Assembly (NCBI GenBank): GCA_002633005.1
Contig: NMRA01000589.1
Coordinates: 92,641 to 156,640 of the forward strand
DNA from: Phoronis australis
Lineage: Eukaryota; Animalia; Phoronida
DNA: 64,000 bases
Reading direction: 5' to 3'
Below are positions 51,001-63,000 of the stretch, one piece after another (positions within the stretch are counted from its first letter, which is position 1; each line of letters begins with the position of its first letter). Both the position numbers and the translations under genes were made by a program. A model generated the notes under the pieces. That model was not told where the DNA came from. It saw nothing but the letters and a program-made list of their open reading frames with translations, and did no database searches.

Positions 51001-54000
51001 GGGTTATTATCGAACTGTACTCCTCAACACACAGCGTCAGTTTTTCATTTTCTGGCTCAAGCCTGCCTTCGTCTCTCTTAAACCTGTATTTCGCTTTGTT
51101 TCGCTGGATAAAAACGAAAATTGTTAATGTCGTAAAATAAGTCCTAATTTCCTTATTGTGATAGGATTTTGTTTTCGTTACCAATAAGAACAGCAAAATC
51201 GCCAGGGACTCAAGAAAACCCTTTAGGGGGGTTGGCTAACGGCTAAAACTGCGGTTTTTGCAGAAAATGTTGCGTGTACTCTGTGTCTGTGTCTTATTCG
51301 ACAATAATTCAAAATTGCCTGAGCACAAGAAAGTCTTTTAAGATCAACGTGTTGGGAATTAAAATCCCCAACACGTTTCGGTTAAGAATTCAACATAGTC
51401 GTTTAAACAGGGGCAAAATACGGCTTTACCAAATGAGTACTCCCAATATCTTTGCCAGGTTTTGCTATACTTCTTATTCATAACAATTCGTTGTCATTAT
51501 TTTCATCTGTTTCTATTGCCTAGATCCTGTGAACATCATCACAAATGCATTTTCCGGAGAGATCAAGACACCATTTCACCCATCGGTATATCCGCATAAT
51601 TATGAACAGTGGTGGAAAATCCAAGTGCCCACGGGGTACATCATCAGTTTCAAGACTAACAACACGTACGTGCGATTATCAAGCGGCGACTACCTGAAGG
51701 TATGACTTCAGATTGATCGAATGCTTCAGTAGAAACATCCAATTCCATATTGTGTTACGATTTATTTGTTGCGAATCATTTCTTTATGGGCCCACAACTA
51801 CATTACGTGGTTGCATGCTGTTCGGCACCCGTCCATCCACCATGGGTCCGCAGTTGTGCCTCCTACCATGTTTCATGGAGTTTAACGGGTGTCTTCTTAA
51901 GGTGATGCCAGGTGATGACAACTTAACAACGAATCTAACTACTTTAAAATCCCATGAGAGTTTCAGTTTTTTAGTTTGTACTGTAAGTGTCCACATACAT
52001 GCATGTGTGCCAAGTTCCTCGATTTATCTTTTCGAACCTTGGCTGATATGTTTGTATAGGAAGGCGGGGGTCCATCGGAACTTTACGAGTAATTTAATAG
52101 CCTCAAATTATCGTTCGGAAGGGTTTCATACAGTATCTGCCCTTGTGTTGGAACTTCAATCAGTACAACCAGTCAAGTGACTCTCAATTTTAAGAATGCT
52201 GTTGAATACTCCGGGATATAGCTGTGATAACAAACGTACCTGGTTCAGGGCCCATGTTCGGGTAAGCGCCCACTCTAAATTATTTACAATTTCCTATACA
52301 AACACCATCTCCGGGTTAAGCGACCACCCCTGATTTCCAGGCCGTTGGCCCGGGTTTTCCGATAAACAAGAATCAAGATTACATATTATCCGAGGATCGC
52401 AAATGACCGTTGTGTACGACTTTGGAGACTCGCAGGGCTTTTCATGGTTTTCACCGTTTCTTGATTGAATAACTCAATTGTAATGATTGACGTTCACACG
52501 TACACAGATATGAAACCACCCCTGGGGCATCCGAAATTCCTCGGGTATTTCCGTGGCATTTGTTTATCACCCAGTTCGTATTTCGTGTGTGCGCATGTGC
52601 GGGCGTGTGCAACAAATAGATTCGGTCAACGAACTAGAACGATAAAACCCATGGCTACTAGAAGCCTAGCAGGGTCGAGTTCAATAACACTAGTAGTTCG
52701 CGAGAAAAGCAAGATCGCACATAATTCCGTGAGATATCAACGTGAACAAGAGCATTGTGATTTTGGCTAATTTTCTCGCCACGAGACAGTTATTGAAGTT
52801 TACCCAGGCTTCTAAGTTGAACGTGACGTCATTCTCTCATTACATAATATGCTTCCTAATTTGCTATTCATGTTACCGTTCATGCAAACTTTTTCCGGAA
52901 TCAAAGCTCGAGAAAGAAATATCGCATGAACGCAGAAACCGCCTATCTTTATCTCCCAAATTTAAGAGAATTCAAGCCGGGGAGGGGGGGTTCGTAGGGT
53001 TCGAGTGAACTCCCCGCGGAAAAGGTTCAGCCCCAGCCTTACCGTTAAAGCTAGGATAGTGATGCACAGCAGCAACAAAATTATTGCAGCTACTCGTACT
53101 ACAACTGCTGTCAATGGTGCACAGCCTCGCAGATTTCATACAAGCAACAAACTTCATTGAGAATGTTTCCAAGGTTACATGCCAATATTTCGAGGGTTTA
53201 GTATTCCGAAGGTTCACTACTCTGATGGTTCACTACTCCGAAGGTTACTTTTGAAAGTTCTTTACTTCGAATGTTGACAATTTCGAAACCAGAATTCCGA
53301 CAGTTCATTGATACTCTGATTGTCTGCTAATGAGTGGGAGCTCGGACATGAATAAACTTTTTATTTGTGTCCATTTAGTAATCATTTTAAGGGTGTGCAA
53401 GAGTTATTAAAGCATTTGTTACATTGTTTACAAATGAGCTCAGTTCCAATTACTGCCAATCGTGATTCTGAAATCTAAGTAATGACTCCTTCTCAAGCAG
53501 GGACAACAATTAGGACGCGGGTCAGTGCTGCGGTGACCAACGCTTGTTTTAAGTTTTACAACACTGAATGAGGCTCTCCGACTTTCTGAAGAATGGCATG
53601 GACAAGGTAGCCTAATAACTACATTTAGTTTCGGTAAGGCCATGCGCGTGGTTCCGGTTGGTGAGGTCAAGGCGCAGTGGTCCTAAGCCGTTCAGTGAAG
53701 CTATGAAATGATGCGACATTGACATAGATTTGATAAATGTATCGTGGTTGATAATTCTTCAATATTCCTACTTCATTCCCTTTTAGAAATACAAGAACGA
53801 ACTCATTTTTCCGTATCCTACAGGCATGTCGGCAATTACGCATGCGCATATAAATAAAGTGTTTTATTACTCGGGCTTTGTTTTCGGTATAGCTACAACA
53901 CTGATTGCATCTAATAATCGAAGTGTAGTTTATTTTTGCATGCAAAAGTACAAAAATTACACCTGGGTCCAAAATTTTATATATTTTCTGAGTGAGTGAA

Positions 54001-57000
54001 CCTTCGAAGTGGTGAACCTTTGGAATAGTGGGCTGTAATCATGACCAAGACTACGCTCGTGATCACGACCGACACTTCGCTCGTGTTTTCAGATTGAAAT
54101 CGTTTGTCCATAATTACGCTCGTGATTGCGACCCAGACTTCGCTCGTGTTTTACGATCGAAATTGCTATATCCAATAAGAAATTGGTTTGCAGGTCACGT
54201 GAGCTCTAAAGAAGTTTTACTCTCGCATATTTGTTCGTAATTTTAGCAAGTATAGTCATTTTATCTGTCGAGAGAAATACGGCCATGTAAAAAAGTTTTC
54301 CTTATTCACCTCCCGCACTACTTCAACAGTGACCTCTGGCATGGAAAGTTCAAAAGGTAGGTCAATGTCGACTCGACGTCTTCAGCCGGTTCGATCATCA
54401 AACTTTCCGATAATAGTTTAAAGTAATACAGTTGCAGCAGTGTAACTAACACTCGACATGCAACCAGGCCCTAAAGGTAAAATCTGGAACAAAACTGACA
54501 CTTTCTCTCAGTTTTCAAATGCTGAATACTATATCGTCTGTAATGACTCAGGCGCCGATTCCTAGGAAACTACAATATCAAATATTGTTGTGTTTTAACT
54601 ATTTCCAGGAGATGATACAAGATCACTGCACAGTTGCCGTTTCTTTCATCTTTGTTACCTCTTTTCAAGAAATAAATCGTTACTTTTAAAACTGTTTTTT
54701 TTTCACACGAATAATCTTGCAACCTAACGCGCAAGTACATACATATAGGATGTGATCCGCCATGTGAACAGTCTGGGTGAAGTACTTAAAAATATGCCGA
54801 AAAATATAAGAAACTTAGGAATTCGAAGCGCATGGTGTAAATACAAAACTTACCTCGATTGGCGTACACGAAGTAATATCCCACGAGACATTATTCCGCG
54901 TACCGGAATAATGTCTCGTGGGATATTATTTCTTGTGCGCCACTCTCGGTACGTTTTGTGTATACATTTAAGTACGAGTCCACGAGACCACCACCAATTA
55001 AATTAATACGCAGTTGATACTGCTTTTGTTATGGAAATGGTTTGTTATTCCATTGTCATGAATGTGAGCGATTCACCAACAACATTTAAAAATTTTACTG
55101 CATAACCCCCTAAAATCGTTTTGAACCAATGTTTTTTGCAATGTCATATGTCAACTGCACGCATTAAGAGTAAAAAATATTTGCAGGTGGTCTGATTCAG
55201 GTTGTACCAGACGTGCGCAGGCCGCGCATGTGGATTCATTGCACTGATCACTGTTTATGCTTTATTAATATATAATTAAAAATTGAGCTGAGGAGCTAGA
55301 AACCGGGCTCAAGGGTTTAGAAGTGTGACCCAGTGGGACTCGAACCCACGACCTCGAGTACAGAAAGCGGACACTTATCACACTAGGCCACACTGCCTCG
55401 TTCTATTGTTAAGAGTAAAAGAATGAAACTTTGCCTAATTAAATGAAAAAGTATGGTTATTTTAACAAATCATATAAAAGCATTGTCAGACAAACTGCTA
55501 GATGTACATTTTGGCCCATCAATGTGTACTAAGACGACAACTTTCAAGTGCCTGGGATGGTTAGGACAGCAAGTATAAACATTTCAGCCGGTCTTTGATA
55601 TTTTCAACCTTTTGCACGTTTATACTTTGCGCCTGAGAATACTTCATAACATGTGAAAAATACGAGCGTGAAATTACGATGGTAAAATTACGAGCGAAAA
55701 TACGTGCGTGAAATTACGAACGTAAAACTAGGCCTACGAGCGAAAAATATGAGTGTAATAACTGCTTCAGAGCTCACAAACCAATTTCTCATTCGATATA
55801 ACGATTTCGGTAGTAAAATACGAGCGAAGATTCGGTCGTTATTTTACGTGCGACACTTTCAACGGTAAAGTTCGCGATACTTTCTCGGCCACATTACACC
55901 CAAATTTGAACTGCGTTCTTTGTGAGCAACCGTTATTGCATCGTGATTTCTGGTATTGCAAATTCCGTCTTATCGCAGGAACGTAGAGATGAGAGCCCCC
56001 TAACTAATTAAGCTGGGTCAAGGGCCTTACCGAGAACTCTGCAGTGTCGACGTTTACAAAATATCAAAGGTACACCGTTCTAGAAATTCGAACTACCCCT
56101 TGCGCAATGCTAGCTACGGGCCTGGAATTCATTCCAAAAATGAAGCCTGTTGGAAATTATGAGCAGCCCGCGAATCTTTGCAGCTCGTGATGCTCACGGT
56201 GGGCGCTGAGTTGCTCTAGATTCCATTGCAGTTGAATATCGTTAATTATATATTAGAAGTCACAAGAACTTTTGAATCCCTTAATTCTTTCAAATAATGG
56301 ATTGCATTACGTGTTAGTCGTGAAGCTATAAACACAAGGTCATTTCAACGTAGACCTTCACTGTTAGTCGATACAGAAGGCCTGCAATTGTATTTCGACA
56401 TCAAACGCCGATATACGCCTACAAACTCAAGTGGCACACGTGTGCTTCTCTTAATGTATTGATGTTTGCTGTGCCTCACCACTGATCTCACTGGGTTTGA
56501 TTTTACTGACACAGATATTTGACGACTTCAATGGAACGACGTCCCTCGGCAGCTTTAGAAGTTACGTATCCACCGCATCCTCGTCGAATGTAGCCAGCGT
56601 GCAATTCTACAGTGATTTTTATTATGCATATTACACAGGTTTTGACCTCAAGTGGAAGGCTATTGGTAAGGCTTGGATGACATCCAGAAAATGTCACAGC
56701 GCATACACTTGTTTAAATTCCCTTGAGTTTAATAAGAAAAATGAATCATGAATAAAAGCCTTTTCCAAAACCACTCATGATCGTTCTAGCCAAAGACACT
56801 TACAAAATGTCAAAAGATAAAGAGCTGACATAGTCAACTGCCTACATGTATCAAAACCAGTCAAAGTTCTCTGTGTTGTAATATCGTCTTGTTGAACGAC
56901 ACCTTTCGGTTTTGCCAAGCATGAAGTCCTATCATTATATTCAATGGGACACCGGTACATGTACATCACGATCACATGAGCTATATGCAAGTCCTTACAC

Positions 57001-60000
57001 TTGGAATTTTTCGCACGTAACTTTACTACGTCGGAAATTGACAGCTGCAATTTATATACTGTAGCCGGGAGATGATTGCCTGGAACATTTGTAGGTTTTA
57101 TAATTTGTGAATTACGCACGTAGGCCTACAGCAGGAACGCTTTTTTGTCATTATTCGCCAATCGCCATTTATAGTTTTCATCTTGCATTGGACAAGTATA
57201 CCCTATTTGTGTTTATCTCAAACTGCTCATTTCAGCCCTGAGTTCAACTTACCTGAACGGAAATGATGGCAATTTCACATATCCTGGTTATCCGGGTTTC
57301 TACCCTGAAGCTGTTGTGTACAAGTGGTTCATCTCCGTGGAAACAACGCGTGTCATTTCTTTCAGAATCGGACCATGTTTTCTGAAAGGGGAGGACAATC
57401 TCAAAGTAAGTGCATTTTGGATGAGCGGCAATAGTTGCCAGCATTTCGAGAACCAGTTCTCTGCGCTCAATCAAATATATCCCAATACAATGTTGTAAAG
57501 TACTACATGTATTTGTGAATAGCCTTTTTGTGCTCCCATCAACGAAACAACGAGCGCTTCTTCATTCAGCTAAACAAAATGTTCTACAGTTGGGGAGGTG
57601 TGCAGCCTTCTTGTCTGAAAAGTGATTGGTTGTAAGCAGAGCTCAAAACCGGTTGCCAAAATCTTTCCCTAGTCGTCGTTGGACTGGAAAGGATGCTACA
57701 AGTAACAAAACTTTAGGACAGGCAACATCAAACAACCAAAAAGTGCATCGGAAATGAGACTCTTTTCATCTTTCTCCAAATCTTTTGACCAAGTCAGTGT
57801 TTCACTAAAAGAAATATTCCTTTATTTTAAGCACTCCGTGGTTCGTAGCGGTATCCAAGCACTAGAATGGAGCGTTTAAATACTTATTTACAGTAAAGTT
57901 TTGTGTCTTTGAACGTGTAAAGCGTCAATTACGATGGTTGAATAAAACAATTAGCTGATTGTTTTTTACAATCTCTCAAAGGGACATTATCGTAGAGAAA
58001 CGTGATTTTTTGAGAACAGTCATAGGGTGGGTGAATCGAACTTGCAAGCCCTATAAACAATTTTTGGCACTTCTGAATCCTGTTGGATAAAAGGCAGAAT
58101 ATTTTAAACTTGTTGAACAGTTAACGTTACCAAACTTGATTCCAGCGATTGTCTGACCCACAGTGGTGAGCGGAACGTTTTATATAGCTCTGTTCAAAAC
58201 TAACAATTTCAAAATATTATCCCATACAACAATAGCCCCCAGAAATACCTTTTTGGTGGGTAAACCGATAAAGTCTCGTTAATGAACGTTGTCTCTTCAG
58301 TTGTCCTTATGAGTGGGTAAACGTATTTGTCAAGGTACGAGAATGCACGTAGGCCACTCTGCCCTCTATTGTTTACTAACGGGAACATTTTCTTGTAGGT
58401 ATATAGTTTGAATGATGATGATTCAAGGTCGTTCGAGCTGAAGTCCTTTTCATACACTCACAGCACACCCGAGTCCCTTCTGTCAGACCGACACAAAGCT
58501 GAGGTCGTCTTCTACAGTGATTTGACTGAGACAAATGAAAATGGATTCTTTGTTTATTGGTCTAAGGCGGGTAAGCATCTACTTTAGTTCACTAAATTTT
58601 AAGCCGCAAATTTAAATGCCGCGCGAGAGCTCTTAATTTAAGTAATTCGTGTATATTAAGTTACGGAAAGCTAGAAAGAATGTGTTAGCAAAAGGAAATT
58701 AAACCTGGCGACAGCTTTACTTATACTGCTTCATAATTAAAATGTTATTGCTCGAATACTTAAGTACGGGTTATTATCGTGCAGATCCTAACCTTCAAAG
58801 TACGTACACCGGATTTTCCTCAGAACTCATTAAGCCACAACATTCGCCTTACAAGACGTCGTTCGTGTACAGATGGCTTGTAGCGCCACCCAACGACACA
58901 ATAGTGAGCTACGTGGTTTACTACACCAACCTTGAGTTGTGCTGCGATACCTTGCAAGTAAGTTAAACTACGGCTAATCATGTCACGTCTTCCAGGCCTT
59001 CTAGTGCGGATCCAGAGGGAGGTCCTGGGAGTCAAAACTCACTTCCCTTGTCGCTCTTGTGTTAATGAAATGAAGAAATACAGAGTGTCTCCTGGATTCA
59101 ATGTCAGACATCCCTCTAGTATTGTCTGTATCCGTGCTTTAAGAATTCCTGTTTATTTTCAAACTACGCGTCAGGTGCTGTTAAACGAGTACAGTGCAGA
59201 TGAATGTGCTTAATCAACGAGTAGATTTTCTTAATCAACGAGTAGGAGTTTGCTTAATCAACGAGAAGTTTTGCCTAGTCAACGCGTAATTTTACTTAAT
59301 CAACGCACACTAATGCTTATTCAACGCGTACGTTTAACCAGTTCATATAGACCAATCACACCCGTGCTCTCAAATCTGAAAATGGCGGAAGACAATTCTA
59401 TGTGAGTGAAGGGCAACTTAAGAATGTTGCAGATTCTTATCAAGTGTCCACTTAAATGATGGCGCCGTTACGTACTGAATGTAACCTTGCCTTTGATTGG
59501 AAATTGTGAATAATTAATTCAGCACGTTGCTAAAGTTAAATTAAGACAGAGGTACACCTTGACTAAGCAAGACTTACGCGTTGATTAAGTAAGACTTACA
59601 CGTTGATTAAGCAAAAAAGAGCTAAACTAAGAACAGGACGATGATCGTTTAAGAACAAATTCAGCGCGTTGATTAAGCAAAACTACGCGTTGTAGACGGA
59701 GACTGAAAATAACAGTATTGTGTTTTCAACTAAGAGTATACGCTGGAGAAGAAGAAAGTTACATTTGTAGTGGCAGATCCAGGATTTTGAGTTAGGGGGA
59801 GGGGCAGGGCAGAGTATTAGCCCGGTTTTGGCCGTCAAGCATTCGCACCCCGAACTGCCAAATGGAATCTGGGAGAATTTTAGAAGGGGCATGGCCGCCA
59901 TGGCCCTATGGCCCCCTTCTAAATCCGCCACTGATTTGTTAAATAAAGGCTCTAAACTTATTTCTGCCTTTAGTTTTAAAGTCCTTGTGCTCTGTTGCAT

Positions 60001-63000
60001 TAAACAATCCCAAATAGGGGCTCAACTAAATTCCCTAAATCAACTATGTATTGGTGACGTTGTGAAAATATTGATTTTCCTTTCTTATGCTGTTTGAGTC
60101 TCATTTTAAGTTGGTTTTTGGCTTTGATATAAATCGATAGTGAACTCAACGTTGAGTTCTTGTTATTAATGGAAATAAGTAGGGATCTTTTCATGCAACC
60201 CCCATAATTTTGACTCACCTAAAAGCTGAGTTTTTAGTTATAATATTAGAAAATGTAATTAGTCTAAGAAGAATTCACAATCAATTAGGTAAAAAGTTAG
60301 AAAAATATAACGTCTGTGAGTAAAGAACGAAACAAAAACGCATCAAATTTAGGGAACTTTTGTGAGTCATTACGTGGTGTTGTTTCATGCAACAGGGCAC
60401 TGGTGCTCACAATGTTTTTATATAAAACTATCTAAGTGACTAGCCACTGTCAACCCAAAGAATATATTTGCTAAACTAGTGGTCAAAACGAATTCGTCTA
60501 TGTCATCCATGAATCTAGGCCACTGTTGTGTTCACGTGATTGGCCGTTTTGAGTGAAAATCCTATTTTTTGAATGCTGATTCTTTAACCTTCATTTTAAA
60601 AACCTTTGATACTTTGACGAACTTCCCCCCAATACTATGTCTAAGATTTGAAACAAAATGAACCGTTTTGTAACTTGAAAATTATGCCAAGAATTATACG
60701 ATGGAACTTGTCTTACCTGAAAATCCAACTGCTGCGTGGTTGTTTGCTAATTGCCCCAATTTTGTTGCACACCCAGTGGGCCATCCCGGATTACATGGCG
60801 ATAGAACTCTCCTTTGTTCCTGAAATAAGGAAGCGCGTGACCTAGTTCTGTGTAAATCAGGCACATATTTGAGTCTGTCATTGATGTCGGGAAGGGATGG
60901 TATTTATCCAGTTTATCAAACTATCTCACGTAGGAGTTGCAGCCCACAACACAACAGTAATAGTTCGTTGGCATTGGAAGGATGAATAGGGTAATGCAAC
61001 CGAGAAAAACTCGTAAAGAATCAAACAACAAATAATACGTGAAATTCCAGTGACACGAAAACGAGGCAGAAAATTTGCCTGACGGATGTTTACGGCATTG
61101 TGGGTATACTGCGAGATTCGAGTTTCGCTGCGTAATCTGGGATGGCCAATTAATGAGGAACATAATATAGTAAAATTACAGAGACGTTTAGGATTTTGAA
61201 AGTCACATTTCTTGCCCAGTTTTCAAAAATTCAAAATCCTAATCTGGTTTACCTTTCACGAACTATTCAAATAAGAATTCTATTTAAAAAATTTCAAAAC
61301 GAAAGCTCAAAAATACTGTTGAAGCCCCCAGTGTGTATATGATGGGTCTGACTATCTGAAGAATGATAACAGTTTGAGACCAATTTCTGAATGGTACAAA
61401 GTGGTCAAAATCAAATGTTGATTTGTGTGGTAGACGATATTAAACACGTTGGAATGTTAAACTGAAGAGAATACACACAGTTTCATGTTGGGTACTGACC
61501 AATGAAGACATAATTTATCTATGAATCTGTTAGTACCTTATGTTGTACTTCAGAGAATGGTTATGAACGCAATTTAATACACGTACATGTACGCTAACAC
61601 GCATATTGTTCTTCACTGCGAAAACAATAAAGCTTGATGGATAGTTACATGTACAGTCGGTGCTAAGTTAACAGCAGCAGATTAGAAATTGGTTATGCAT
61701 CGACTGTGGTGTGTTGAAACACACGTTACCTACATAACCAGTAGAAGTAGTATTTCGCAGAAATTTTCTGACGTTTAAGGTTTCTTCTGTTTAAAGATCT
61801 GGTATTATGACGCAACCAAGACTAGGGTGAATGAATACACAAGCACAGGCACACGGAGTTACGCTGCTTCCGGGAGCTTGATTACTACCCTGATGGAGGT
61901 CTACTTCTACAGCGACAATATGATCAACTATGCAGATGGTTTCTCCTTGCAATGGGTCGTTATTGGTGAGAATATTTGACATGGAGAGAGGGAATCTGCG
62001 CAGTGGCACACGGAAAACTAGGTCGCACGCTGGTTGCATAGAGATCGGTAGATTGTCCTATCCATTGTTCATTTTGTTTTTCTTTGTTACCATAATGAAC
62101 AGCATTAATCCTTAACCGGCTGATGTGGATGCCAGGTAGGAGCCAGGTACGATGTCCATGCGACCTGTATTGTTATATCACAACAAAAACGCATCAAATG
62201 AAAACAATGAAAGTGTCCCTAGGTAATAAACATACGTAGACGCACTTAAGCCCGTCGCATGGTCGTATAATGTTAAACAACACCTCGCGAGCTTGGTTCG
62301 ACGTCATTTCGCATGGCAAATACCACTCGCGTTAATTTAGACCATTTACTCTTATTAAGTTAGCATCGTCTAGTCACTTTCCTCTTTGCTCAAGTGAGAA
62401 TTGGTTCTGGGTTTGCAAAGAACAGACGGTTACGAATATTTCTTGAGCCAATAGAATGACACGTTGAGACAAACAATAACGAAATGCACTTCTTTCGAAG
62501 CTGCAAAATGACCTCCACGTTGACAAAGGGACAATTTAGGACCCGTTTCATAACGTTAAGGAGGTCTAAATCAACTGTCGTTTTGTGATAGAAGGAAGGT
62601 TTATAATGGCTTGTCTTTTTCTGGGAAGAATTAGCGTTAAATGTATAGACATTCTAAGCATTCAGCTTAGGAGTTTTTTTAATAATTAAAGTTTTTGAGC
62701 TTCACTGCATGCAGTGACAAGCCAATTTATGGCACCTGTTGTCATGCAGGATCGAAGCACCTCCTCTCAAGCCAAGAAATCAACTCTGACCTGAGTACTG
62801 TAATGAAAAAACTGATATAGTTATAAAACGAGAGCATGTGTCAATCAAATGTTTGAAGAGAGGCGGGTATACATACTCTCGGCCACATTCACGAAAACAA
62901 TTTTCACTAATTTATGAAATAGTAGCTCAGTTCGCAGATTGCCATTGTTCTGTCAATCGCGAACAGGAAACACCCGACATTTAGAGAGACCGGCTCTGGG

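Larger units (their letters stand above)
54029..55902. mobile_element. Inverted-repeat element (arms ~54029-54245 and ~55660-55902) enclosing other repeats
   Basis: CTTCGCTCGTGTTTTACGATCGAAATTGCTATATCCAATAAGAAATTGGTTTG..GTGAGCTCT matches the reverse complement of 55765-55835; termini TGGGCTGTAAT / ATTACACCCA. Confidence 0.65.

Noticed and set aside
55325-55397. Functional tRNA genes here, at 31946-32020 and at 1651-1710
   Set aside because: A/B boxes are present but acceptor and anticodon stems do not pair; the shared non-tRNA tail indicates SINEs.
59200-59692. CRISPR-like array of short repeats
   Set aside because: Eukaryotic context, spacers of only a few bp, degenerate repeats mirrored on the other arm, and no cas genes.
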